Below, in pieces: positions 52,513 to 61,699 of a stretch of 64,000 nt of DNA. The translations under genes and the position numbers were made by a program. How positions within the stretch are numbered: the stretch's first letter is position 1; every line of letters begins with the position of its first letter. The notes beneath the pieces are model-generated. The model worked only from the letters and a program-made list of their open reading frames with translations, had not been told where the DNA came from and searched no databases. This DNA comes from an uncultured Clostridium sp. (lineage in GTDB: Bacteria; Bacillota; Clostridia; TANB77; CAG-508): NCBI GenBank assembly GCA_900555615.1, contig USMB01000001.1, positions 470 through 64,469 on the forward strand, written 5' to 3'.

Positions 52513-53271
52513 ATGGAAGATTTTGCTGAATATATTTTAAATGAGAAAGATTTAATATCAAAAATGGAAATTATTTATTTTTTGGCGCCTAAGCTAGGAA
52601 TTAATTTTGATAAATCAATCGTGTTTAAAACAGAAATAGCAAGAATGTTCTTAAAATATTCTGAAATAGATGTAGATGATAATCTTGTTTTAACTGCTAC
52701 TCTTTTATGTAACTGTAAAAAAGTAGATGATGCTCAAAAAATAGGCAAATTGCAAACATATGCAAAAGAAGGTGCAGAATACTTGGCAAAACTTGGTTTT
52801 GATGAGAGGTTTTGCAGGATTTGTGAGGGTGTAAATAGGTATAGTGGTTTAAATCCAAGAGAAAAAGAAAGTGACATATTAGAGTTAGCAGATCAATTTG
52901 GTGGATTATTAATAGATAGGCCAGAAAGAGTAGGATTTTCACCAGATGAAGCATTTGTATTAATAGAACACAGAAATTTAAAATCAGAGTATAATAGATA
53001 CTTGGAGAGTTTTAGAGATTTTGTGAATAATGTTGAAAAAATAGAAATTTCAGGAAGAGTAAATACTACTGTTTTTGCAAGATTACAGAAATTGAATAGA
53101 GAGGCAAGAGATGTTCCTGAATTTGTGAAAAAGATGTCAATAGATTATTCAAATGCGGTTGATGAAAAACTAAAAGAATTAGAGGCAGAAGCTAAAATAG
53201 CTAGAGAAAAAGCAAACAGAGCAATGTTTAGCAGTGAAATTGAGGAAAAAATATTAAGGAGAGAAGGATAA
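52513..53271 (+). CDS. hypothetical protein
   Basis: Good RBS (AAAGGGG); ends 1 nt before the next gene start; no motif recognised. Confidence 0.55.
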   Translation: MEDFAEYILNEKDLISKMEIIYFLAPKLGINFDKSIVFKTEIARMFLKYSEIDVDDNLVLTATLLCNCKKVDDAQKIGKLQTYAKEGAEYLAKLGFDERFCRICEGVNRYSGLNPREKESDILELADQFGGLLIDRPERVGFSPDEAFVLIEHRNLKSEYNRYLESFRDFVNNVEKIEISGRVNTTVFARLQKLNREARDVPEFVKKMSIDYSNAVDEKLKELEAEAKIAREKANRAMFSSEIEEKILRREG

Positions 53272-53272
53272 A

Positions 53273-54466
53273 ATGTACGAAGTATTTGCAGATTTACATG
53301 TTCATATAGGAAGAAGTGAAAATGGCAAACCTATAAAAATTACAGCAGCTAGAAGCTTAAATTTTGCTAATATTGCAAAAGAATGTGCAGAAAGAAAAGG
53401 AATAAACATTGTAGGAATAATAGACTGTGCATCACCTTACGTTATAGAAGATATAGAAAAATTTTTGAAAACGGGTGATGCCTATGAATTAGAAGATGGT
53501 GGAATAATTTACAAAGATAAAGTATGCATTTTATTGGGAAGTGAAGTAGAAACATCAGAAAAAGGAAGAAACGGAAAATGCGGTGCAGCACATAATGTAT
53601 GTTTCTTCCCACATTTGAAAGATATAAAAGGCTTTTCAAATGAAATGAGCAAACACATAAAGAATATTACGCTAAGTACTCAAAGGTCTGATATATCAGG
53701 ATATGATTTGATAGATATTGTAGAAAAATATAATGGAATTCTAATACCTGCACATATTTTTACTCCATTTAAAAGCTATTATGGAAATTGTACAGACAGA
53801 TTACAATATATATTTAAAGAAAAATATGATAAGATTTTTGCAGTAGAATTAGGTTTGAGTTCAGACACATTTTTAGCTGATATGATTTCAGAATTAGAAA
53901 ATAAGACATTTGTTACAAATTCTGATGCACATTCATTACCTAAAATTGCAAGAGAATATAATAAGATGTTAGTCAATGATATAAGTTTTAAAGAGGTTGT
54001 AAAAGCTTTAAAAAATGAAGATGGAAGAAAAATATTAGCAAATTATGGATTAGACCCAAAGCTTGGAAAATATCATAGAACACATTGTGACAATTGTGAT
54101 TCTACAATAGAAACAAAAGAACCAGTTGAAATTTGTCCAAAATGCGGAAGTGATAAAGTAACATTTGGAGTTTTTGATAGAATCGAATTAATAAAAGATA
54201 AAGAGAAAACACAGAGCCCAGCTAATAGGCCGCCATACATATATCAAATTCCATTAACATTCATACCAGGAGTTGGTGGAAAAACAATAGAAAAATTGTT
54301 AGACAATTTTGAAACAGAAATGAATATTTTACATAAGCTTTCAGAAGATGATATAGAAGCAGTTGTGGGCGAAAAGATTGCTAAGAATATAGTTAATGCC
54401 CGTGAGGGAAAAATGAAAGTTGAAGCTGGTGGCGGAGGAAATTACGGAAAAGTAACAGCTTCTTAG
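53273..54466 (+). CDS. endonuclease Q-family protein (PHP-like fold with zinc ribbon)
   Basis: N-terminal ADLHVHIGRS...IIDCASP typical of the TIGR00375/EndoQ family as I recall it; CDNC...CPKC zinc ribbon. Confidence 0.7.
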   Translation: MYEVFADLHVHIGRSENGKPIKITAARSLNFANIAKECAERKGINIVGIIDCASPYVIEDIEKFLKTGDAYELEDGGIIYKDKVCILLGSEVETSEKGRNGKCGAAHNVCFFPHLKDIKGFSNEMSKHIKNITLSTQRSDISGYDLIDIVEKYNGILIPAHIFTPFKSYYGNCTDRLQYIFKEKYDKIFAVELGLSSDTFLADMISELENKTFVTNSDAHSLPKIAREYNKMLVNDISFKEVVKALKNEDGRKILANYGLDPKLGKYHRTHCDNCDSTIETKEPVEICPKCGSDKVTFGVFDRIELIKDKEKTQSPANRPPYIYQIPLTFIPGVGGKTIEKLLDNFETEMNILHKLSEDDIEAVVGEKIAKNIVNAREGKMKVEAGGGGNYGKVTAS

Positions 54467-54526
54467 TTCTAAAAAGAATTTTATTGCATAGACATTATGT
54501 AGAAATTAGTGAATAAGGAGTTGTCT

Positions 54527-55156
54527 ATGCGAAAGAGAAAAAATGAAATTTTTACAACTATAAAAGAAGATATTGTTAACCATGCAAAAGCTTATTTTAT
54601 AGTTGTAATTATTTTTACAGTTGGGTTATTTTTAGGTGTTTTGTTTGTTAATAAAACAGAAAATAAAAGTGAAATTGAAAAATATATTAATTCTTATATT
54701 GATGAGACAAAGCAAATTCAAAATGCAAATTATTTTGATGAATTGCAAAAAGATATTAGAAGCAAGATTACACTTACCTTCTTTTTATGGTTTGCTGGAA
54801 CTACAATTATAGGAATACCAATAGTATTAGGAATTATACTGTTTAGAGGATTTTGTTTAGGATATACAATAGCATCTTGTATATTTGCTTTAGGAAAAGT
54901 AAAAGGACTTATATTTGTTATTATTACAGTTTTCTTACAGAATGCAATATTTATACCAGCACTCATGATATTGGGCGTTAGCAGTATAAAATTATATACT
55001 TCTATAATAAAAGATAGAAGAAAAGAAAATATAAAAGTTTCTATATTGAAGCACAGTATTGTTTCAATTATGGTGATGATTGTACTAATAGTATCGGCAA
55101 TTGTAAAAATAGAAATTTCTTACAGAATGATAGTAAATTTGATAAAATATTTTTAA
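54527..55156 (+). CDS. spoIIM: stage II sporulation protein M
   Basis: 5-TM layout with FLQNAIFIPALMILG-type segment; AAGGAG RBS before the ATG at 54527; typical position upstream of xerD. Confidence 0.8.
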   Translation: MRKRKNEIFTTIKEDIVNHAKAYFIVVIIFTVGLFLGVLFVNKTENKSEIEKYINSYIDETKQIQNANYFDELQKDIRSKITLTFFLWFAGTTIIGIPIVLGIILFRGFCLGYTIASCIFALGKVKGLIFVIITVFLQNAIFIPALMILGVSSIKLYTSIIKDRRKENIKVSILKHSIVSIMVMIVLIVSAIVKIEISYRMIVNLIKYF

Positions 55157-55271
55157 AAAATAGATAAAAGCTATTTACAATTTGATGAAAATTTGATATA
55201 ACATAAGAGTATATCATTTATGTAAAATAAAAGATATAAGACAATAAAATTAAACATAGGTGGGGGAAAAA

Positions 55272-56153
55272 ATGGAAGAACAATTAAACTTATTTTTTGG
55301 ATTTTTAGAGAATGATAAGAAAGTGTCATTAAATACACTTCAATCATATAGAAGAGACTTAAAGCAATTTGAAAAATATATAGAAGACAATGGAGAAGAT
55401 TATGTAGAAGTTACAAATGATGGAATAAAAGAATACATAGAATATATGCAAGAAATAGGAAAAAAACCATCAACAATATCAAGAGGATTAGCATCAATTA
55501 GATCATTCTATCAATATGAAGCAAAAAACAAAGTTGTAGAAAAAGACCCAACAGAAGGGATTCAATCACCTAAAATTGAAAAAAGAGTACCAAGTGTATT
55601 AACATCAAGTGAGGTTGCGTTATTATTAGACCAACCAAAAGATGTTGATTTAAAAGGTACAAGAGATAAAGCAATGCTAGAATTTGCTTACGCTACAGGT
55701 ATGAGAGTAACAGAAATAATATCATTAAATATAGAAGATGTAAATTTAGAAACTGGTTATGCGACATGTAGAAATGGCAAGAAAGAAAGAACAGTTCCAA
55801 TGGGAAATATGTCATTAAAAGCATTAAAAGAATATGTATTAGAAGCAAGACCAACTATGATCAGAGACGATAATGAAAAAGCATTATTTGTTAATGTAAA
55901 TGGACAACGTCTAACAAGACAAGGATTTTGGAAGATTATAAAATATTATAAGGATCAAGCACATATTGATAAAGATATTACACCACATGTTTTAAGACAT
56001 TCATTTGCAACACATTTATTACAAAATGGAGCAGATTTAAAATCAATTCAAATGATGTTAGGACATTCTGATATTTTATCAACACAAATATATATGCAAT
56101 TCCAAGATGAATCATTAAAAAATGTATATAAAAAAGCTCATCCAAGAGCATAA
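55272..56153 (+). CDS. xerD: site-specific tyrosine recombinase XerD
   Basis: SAM-like N-domain, catalytic R...HxLRHSFATHLL...GH...Y residues. Confidence 0.9.
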   Translation: MEEQLNLFFGFLENDKKVSLNTLQSYRRDLKQFEKYIEDNGEDYVEVTNDGIKEYIEYMQEIGKKPSTISRGLASIRSFYQYEAKNKVVEKDPTEGIQSPKIEKRVPSVLTSSEVALLLDQPKDVDLKGTRDKAMLEFAYATGMRVTEIISLNIEDVNLETGYATCRNGKKERTVPMGNMSLKALKEYVLEARPTMIRDDNEKALFVNVNGQRLTRQGFWKIIKYYKDQAHIDKDITPHVLRHSFATHLLQNGADLKSIQMMLGHSDILSTQIYMQFQDESLKNVYKKAHPRA

Positions 56154-56160
56154 AAATAAG

Positions 56161-56194
56161 ACCGACATAATGCATATATGTCGGTTATTTTTAT
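56161..56194 (+). terminator. intrinsic terminator
   Basis: ACCGACATA / TATGTCGGT stem followed by TATTTTTAT. Confidence 0.75.
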
Positions 56195-56220
56195 AGAACT
56201 ATATAATAGGAGAAAAACAT

Positions 56221-58494
56221 ATGAAAATAGAAAACAAATTAACTTTTAATAATATTAGAAAAAATATAAAAAGAACAATATATACTACAATTTCAATAGC
56301 ATTATGCTCATTTCTTATAATAGCAACACTTTTGGTGGCGACTAGTATTGGCAAAAGTTTTAAAGAAAATATTGCCCAAAAATATAATGACTATTATTTT
56401 TTTATAAAAAATATAAGTTTAGATAGATTTAATAAAATTAAAACTAAAGAATATATTAAACAAATTTATTTACAAGAAAATAATGAAGGGCAATTATATG
56501 AAATAGATAATTTGCCAGATTCTTTCCAAATTACTGATGGAATAAATATATATATTAAATATGACAATTATAAAAAAACGTGTGCCTATACAAATGACAT
56601 ATTAGAAACTTTAAATTTAACATATATTGAAACAAGTGAAAACTGCGAATTAAACACAAAATTGCTAAACTCTTATGGACTAATAGATGTATCTATCATT
56701 CCAAATGGTTATGCTGATAGTGTCCCAACATGTCAAGCTAGGCTAAATTTCACATATGTTGCAGATATACTGCTTGTAATTATATTATTAATATTCTCAA
56801 TTTTATCAATCATAATATTATATAATGCATTTTTAATAACTATTAATGAAAGAAAAAAAGATTATGCAGTATTAAACAGCATAGGAGCAACAGAAGGTCA
56901 AATATTAAAGATGACATTTTTAGAAAATATTATTATAGGAGTAATTGGAATAATTATAGGCTTTCTACTTTCTTACCTTTGTTCTGATTTGCTATTAAAA
57001 CTTTTGAATAATATAGTAGCTTCTGCTATATACAATTTTAAATTAGTGTTAGATATTAAATATATAATCATATCATTTGTTATAATAATTATTAATATTT
57101 ATATATCATCATTAATTCCAAGCATAAGAGCAAGTAGCACATCTGTTATACAAGGAATTAAAAACAACAAACAAATAAAATCTCAAACAAATAATTATAT
57201 TTTTGAAAAACATCTTAATATAGAAGGAAGATTGGCTTTAAAGAATTTAAAGAGAAATAAGAATAAATATAAAATTATAACAATTTTACTTGTAATATGC
57301 ATGACTTCATATATTACAATTTCTACATATATAAATTATGAAAAAGTAGCAGCAAATTTAATAGATGAATATGATGTTGATGCTGAATTAGAACTTAGTG
57401 AAAACTCAAATAAATATTACAAAACCATACTTGATAACTATGGTACGACTTCTGGTGATAAAATTGAATATTTAGAATATAAGATAATGGGCTTATATGC
57501 TTTAGTAGAACCAGAAGATGCTCTTATAGCAAATTGCAGATATGCAGATTCACTGCATTTCCCAATCCAAGTAATTGGATTAGATGATAAATCTTATAAT
57601 AATTATATAACTGATCTAAATGCTAATAATGGAGATTATATCATTTATAATAACATTACCCAAAAAGAAGGAAAAACAGAATATGTATATAAATATTATA
57701 CTGCATTTGAAACAAATTATGAGTTTGATTTTAAAATAGTTTATTGCAATTATGTTGATGAAGAAGCTTCATATGAAATAATCGATGATGAAACTTTAAA
57801 AGAAAATTTTGTTTTAACAGAAAAGCTTCCTAATGGATTTAAAGAAATAAATAATACAGAAAAGATAACAATTTTTACAAACTTTGATACATTTAATAAG
57901 ATAGAAGAGAAAATAAATATTCATCCAAAAGGTACTAATCAACAAAATATATGGATGCATTTTGGAAATACAAGTAATAGTGGAAATTTTGTTAAAATCA
58001 AATGTGGAAATATAATTAATTTTTCAAATTATATGGATAATATTATTCAAAACCAAAATATTGATATTTCGGCAAAATATTATTCTTTAGAAAATCAAGA
58101 AAAAATAATTTATGCCAATGTTTTAGAACTAATATTACGAACTATTATTTTAACGATTATAATTATTGGAATAATAAGTTCTATAAATATAATAAATGCA
58201 AGTCTATGTGAAAGAGAAGAAGAATTTAAAGCATTATCAAGATTAGGTGCTACTAAAGAAAATATAATTAAAATACTAATATATGAAAATATCTATATGT
58301 TTATAAAATCAACAATAATATCAATTATTTTGTCAATTCCTATTTTATATGCGATTATAAAATCTATGACAAAAACAATTATATTAGATAAAATATTAAT
58401 TCCATTTACTGGTATAGGTATATTTATTTTATTACTATTTATAATATCTTTAATTATAGCAATATATTCAGTAAAATTTATAAAAGAAGAATAA
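56221..58494 (+). CDS. ABC transporter permease with two FtsX domains (MacB/BceB-like)
   Basis: Two 4-TM FtsX-type modules (about aa 180-310 and 640-757) separated by a large Asn/Tyr-rich extracytoplasmic region. Confidence 0.8.
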   Translation: MKIENKLTFNNIRKNIKRTIYTTISIALCSFLIIATLLVATSIGKSFKENIAQKYNDYYFFIKNISLDRFNKIKTKEYIKQIYLQENNEGQLYEIDNLPDSFQITDGINIYIKYDNYKKTCAYTNDILETLNLTYIETSENCELNTKLLNSYGLIDVSIIPNGYADSVPTCQARLNFTYVADILLVIILLIFSILSIIILYNAFLITINERKKDYAVLNSIGATEGQILKMTFLENIIIGVIGIIIGFLLSYLCSDLLLKLLNNIVASAIYNFKLVLDIKYIIISFVIIIINIYISSLIPSIRASSTSVIQGIKNNKQIKSQTNNYIFEKHLNIEGRLALKNLKRNKNKYKIITILLVICMTSYITISTYINYEKVAANLIDEYDVDAELELSENSNKYYKTILDNYGTTSGDKIEYLEYKIMGLYALVEPEDALIANCRYADSLHFPIQVIGLDDKSYNNYITDLNANNGDYIIYNNITQKEGKTEYVYKYYTAFETNYEFDFKIVYCNYVDEEASYEIIDDETLKENFVLTEKLPNGFKEINNTEKITIFTNFDTFNKIEEKINIHPKGTNQQNIWMHFGNTSNSGNFVKIKCGNIINFSNYMDNIIQNQNIDISAKYYSLENQEKIIYANVLELILRTIILTIIIIGIISSINIINASLCEREEEFKALSRLGATKENIIKILIYENIYMFIKSTIISIILSIPILYAIIKSMTKTIILDKILIPFTGIGIFILLLFIISLIIAIYSVKFIKEE

Positions 58495-58520
58495 AATTAT
58501 AGGATTATAGGAGAAAAATT

Positions 58521-59195
58521 ATGAGAATTTTAAAAGTAGAAAATTTGAGTAAAATTTATGGAAAAGGTGATGCAAAAGTTACTGCTTTAAATGACATTTC
58601 TTTTGAAGTTGAAGAAGGAGAGTTTCTTGCAATAATAGGCCCTTCTGGAAGTGGAAAGTCTACACTTTTACATACAATTGCAGGCTTAGAAAAGCCAACT
58701 AGTGGTAAAGTATATTTTTATGATAAAAATATGTATGAAATGAATAAAAAGGATTTGACAATATTAAGAAGACAAAAAATAGGAATTATATATCAGTTTT
58801 ATAATTTGATTCCTACTTTAAATGTAGAAGAAAATATAACATTACCTATTGAACTTGATAAGAAAAAAATAGATAAAGTAAAGCTAGAAGAAATATTAAA
58901 ATTTTTGGGAATAGATAATAGAAGAAAACACTTACCAAATGAATTATCTGGAGGGCAACAACAAAAAGTAGCTATTGGTAGAGCTTTAATGATAGAGCCA
59001 ACCATTATTTTAGCTGATGAACCAACTGGTAACTTGGATTCTAAATCAAGCAATGAAATTATACAGTTATTAAAAAAAGCCAATAAAGAATATAATCAAA
59101 CTATTATAATGATTACTCATAATTTAGAAATTGCAAAATTGGCAGATAGAATTATACAAATAGAAGATGGAAGAATTAAAGATCTTCTGTCTTAA
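58521..59195 (+). CDS. ABC transporter ATP-binding protein (MacB/LolD-type)
   Basis: Walker A GPSGSGKST, signature LSGGQQQ, Walker B ILADEPT. Confidence 0.93.
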   Translation: MRILKVENLSKIYGKGDAKVTALNDISFEVEEGEFLAIIGPSGSGKSTLLHTIAGLEKPTSGKVYFYDKNMYEMNKKDLTILRRQKIGIIYQFYNLIPTLNVEENITLPIELDKKKIDKVKLEEILKFLGIDNRRKHLPNELSGGQQQKVAIGRALMIEPTIILADEPTGNLDSKSSNEIIQLLKKANKEYNQTIIMITHNLEIAKLADRIIQIEDGRIKDLLS

Positions 59196-59267
59196 AGGGT
59201 TTAGTACAATCTTTTGCTCTATAAAAAATGTTGAAGTAGTTTTAACCACCTCAACATTTTTATAGAA

Positions 59268-59765
59268 TTATTTTGAAAATATTCCAGTAATTTCAGCAAA
59301 ATATAAATCATGATAATCTTTGTTAGGATAATTTTTAGAATCTAAAGACTTATCAATAAAACAATCAGGTTGTAAACTTTGCCTATATAAATTTTTGCAA
59401 TTAATTACAAGTGAAGCTTCTTCAAATGTAGGAATATTATTTATAAATTTAACATGTAAGCCTGAATTAGAAATTTTATCTTCATTTTTTCCAGAAACTT
59501 TGCCCATATAAGCTAGAGTCTTTTTATAATTTTCATCAAAGAAGCTTAAAGAGAATTCGTTTGAGGCTTCTACAAATTCTTTTGTATATCTTTGTGGTCT
59601 AAGTACAATAAAGGCTATGTTTTTATTCCATAATACACCAACTCCGCCCCAAGAAGCGGTCATACTATTTACTTTACCATTGTTACTGGCTGTTACTAGC
59701 ATCCATTCTTTTCCTATTTTTGTAAATGGATCAAATTTAAATTCTTCAATATTAATTTCTTTCAT
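59268..59765 (-). CDS. flavin reductase-family protein (FMN-binding split barrel)
   Basis: SMTASWGGVGVLW motif typical of the family; GGGAGG RBS. Confidence 0.75.
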   Translation of the reverse strand: MKEINIEEFKFDPFTKIGKEWMLVTASNNGKVNSMTASWGGVGVLWNKNIAFIVLRPQRYTKEFVEASNEFSLSFFDENYKKTLAYMGKVSGKNEDKISNSGLHVKFINNIPTFEEASLVINCKNLYRQSLQPDCFIDKSLDSKNYPNKDYHDLYFAEITGIFSK

Positions 59766-59834
59766 GTTTTACCTCCCATAATGATATTATATACTAAAAA
59801 TATAAAATTTGAATAAAAAATTATAATAAAACTA

Positions 59835-59863
59835 TTGAAAAAATAATAAAAAGTGTGTATAAT
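59835..59863 (+). promoter_or_regulatory. sigma-A type promoter of the type III TA locus (TTGAAA-17-TATAAT)
   Basis: TTGAAA at 59835-59840, TATAAT at 59858-59863. Confidence 0.6.
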
Positions 59864-59904
59864 GAATACAATAGTAGTAGATATTTAATATCTACTATAA
59901 TTAA

Positions 59905-60005
59905 AATGTGAACCGCAACCCTATTTGCGAAATATAAATTTATAGGTGAGAGAATGTGAACCGCAACCCTGCTTGCGAGATATAAATGTGCAGGTGGAAA
60001 AATGT
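59905..60005 (+). ncRNA. type III antitoxin RNA: 2.1 tandem 48-nt repeats
   Basis: R1 59905-59952 and R2 59953-60000 are identical at 39 of 48 positions, followed by a partial AATGT. Each unit has a CGCAA/TTGCG hairpin, and unit positions 16-20/38-42 covary (CCTAT/ATAGG versus CCTGC/GCAGG). Confidence 0.65.
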
Positions 60006-60017
60006 TATTATAGTGAA

Positions 60018-60051
60018 ATATGGGGTCTATAAAAATAGGTCCCATATTTTC
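60018..60051 (+). terminator. intrinsic terminator between the antitoxin repeats and the toxin ORF
   Basis: 13-bp stem ATATGGGGTCTAT / ATAGGTCCCATAT (two G-U pairs) followed by a T-run. Confidence 0.7.
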
Positions 60052-60073
60052 GTAAAGGAGAGATGAAATAAAA

Positions 60074-60492
60074 ATGGTAATAGAAGATGGAAAATTTTAT
60101 TTTATAAAAGATGAGTTTTTTGATGTGTTTAAGGATTATGGATTAATGGTAAATAAAGAAAATGGGAATAAAAGACCATGTTATTTTTGTTTTAAAGATA
60201 GAAAAAATAAAGAAATAATTTGGTTTGTTCCAATATCTACAAAATATGAAAAATATAAGGAACTTTATGAAACAAAAAAAACAAAAGTGGAAAAAGACCT
60301 GTTTACAACTTTGTATTTGGAAATGTATTAGGAAAAAAGGCTGTATTTTTAATTCAAAATATATTTCCAACAACAGTTAGAGATAACGTTATCATTACAT
60401 CTCTTAGGGTTGTAGAGTTAGCTGAAAGAGGAATCAATATTCCGTTTTATGATATTGTGAAGATGAAAAATTTGCTATTAAATAAACAGTAA
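60074..60492 (+). pseudogene. ToxN/AbiQ/CptN-like type III toxin endoribonuclease, interrupted by a frameshift
   Basis: Frame 1 (60074-60331) reads GKFYFIKDEFFDVF...RPCYFCF...IIWFVPISTK, like the ToxN FY..S..Y...L..FD / YLAPLTSPK blocks. A second frame is open from 60271 to 60492 (KRPVYNFVFGNVLGKKAVFLIQNIFPTT...); the junction lies among A-runs at 60274-60295. Confidence 0.6.
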
Positions 60493-60507
60493 ATTATATT
60501 GAGGATT

Positions 60508-60557
60508 AAAAAATAACCTTACAAAATTGATGAAATTTTATTGTAAGGTTATTTTTT
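60508..60557 (+). terminator. intrinsic terminator
   Basis: 13-bp stem AATAACCTTACAA / TTGTAAGGTTATT followed by a T-run. Confidence 0.75.
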
Positions 60558-60638
60558 GTAAAATTTTATGAGTATCTTGAATAAAAAAAGAAAATGGTGT
60601 ATAGTAAAACCAGAAAAAATGTAAGAAAAGAGAAAAAT

Positions 60639-61115
60639 ATGAAAAAGAAAAAAGTATTATTTATATCAAGTACAGGTGGACACTTTAACGAATTACAACA
60701 ATTAAGTCCAATATTTGAAAAATATGATTATCATATAATAACAGAAAAAGACGAATCAACAAAAGGACTAAAAGAAAAATATGGAGATAAAATATCATAT
60801 TTACCATATGGAACAAGAAAAAAATTAATAAGATATATTTTTGTATATACTTATTTGTGTTTAAAAACAATATATTTGTATTTTAAAATAAGACCTAAAT
60901 ACATTGTAACTACTGGAACACATACAGCAGGACCAATGTGTTATTTAGGAAAATTATTTGGTAGCAAAATAATATATATAGAAACATTTGCAAACAGAAA
61001 TAGAAAAACTGCAACAGGAAGATTAATATATCCAATTGCAGATTTATTTATTGTGCAGTGGGAAGAAATGCTAAAATTATACCCAAAAGCTGTATATGGA
61101 GGTGCAATTTATTAA
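60639..61115 (+). CDS. Alg14-like / PssD-Cps14F-family glycosyltransferase membrane subunit
   Basis: SSTGGHFNELQQL motif and size match the Alg14-like family; start taken at MKKKKVLF. Confidence 0.75.
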   Translation: MKKKKVLFISSTGGHFNELQQLSPIFEKYDYHIITEKDESTKGLKEKYGDKISYLPYGTRKKLIRYIFVYTYLCLKTIYLYFKIRPKYIVTTGTHTAGPMCYLGKLFGSKIIYIETFANRNRKTATGRLIYPIADLFIVQWEEMLKLYPKAVYGGAIY

Positions 61116-61594
61116 TGACATTAGTATTATTAGGAACGCAAAATAATAGTTTTCATAGACTATTAGAAGAAGTACAAAAAAATATAGATAATGGAAACAT
61201 AAAAGATGAAGTTATAGTTCAAAAAGGTTATACAAAATTTGAAAGTCCAGATATGAAAATATATGACCAAGTTTCAGCAGAAAAAATGAAAGAATTGGTA
61301 AAACAAGCAGATTTGATTATAACACATGGAGGAGTAGGGTCAATTATAACTGCAATTGAGCAAGGAAAAAAAGTAATTGCAGTCCCACGTTTAAAAAAGT
61401 ATAAAGAGCATGTAAATGACCATCAATTAGACATAATAAATTCATTTAATGATGCAGGATATATTATAGGAATACAAGAGGTTTCAGAATTGCCAAAAGC
61501 ATTAGAAATGGCTAAAAAATTCATTCCACAAAAGTATGTACAAAATACGGGAAAAATCTTACAAATTGTGAGTGATTTTATAGACAATCATTAA
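61115..61594 (+). CDS. Alg13-like / PssE-Cps14G-family glycosyltransferase catalytic subunit
   Basis: HGGVGSIITAIEQGKKVIAVPR (Glyco_tran_28 C-terminal type); the ATG overlaps the upstream stop (TAATG). Confidence 0.75.
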   Translation: MTLVLLGTQNNSFHRLLEEVQKNIDNGNIKDEVIVQKGYTKFESPDMKIYDQVSAEKMKELVKQADLIITHGGVGSIITAIEQGKKVIAVPRLKKYKEHVNDHQLDIINSFNDAGYIIGIQEVSELPKALEMAKKFIPQKYVQNTGKILQIVSDFIDNH

Positions 61595-61699
61595 CAAATT
61601 TCACAAAATTTTTACATATATCTATTGCAAAAAAAGCATATTATTGATATGATAAGATAGAATGAAATTTATGAAAATTAAAAGGAAATGGTAGAAAAA

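Noticed and set aside
55205-55232. dif recombination site upstream of xerD (TTATGTAAAAT resembles the XerD arm of the Firmicutes dif)
   Set aside because: The inverted partner ACATAA is 11 nt away instead of the 6-nt central region of dif, and the left arm does not match. This is more likely AT-rich promoter DNA.
59821-60045. 74-aa minus-strand ORF covering the 48-nt repeats
   Set aside because: Its internally duplicated peptide (ANRVAVHIL / ASRVAVHIL) simply mirrors the DNA tandem repeat. It has no RBS, and the region is better explained as the type III antitoxin RNA.
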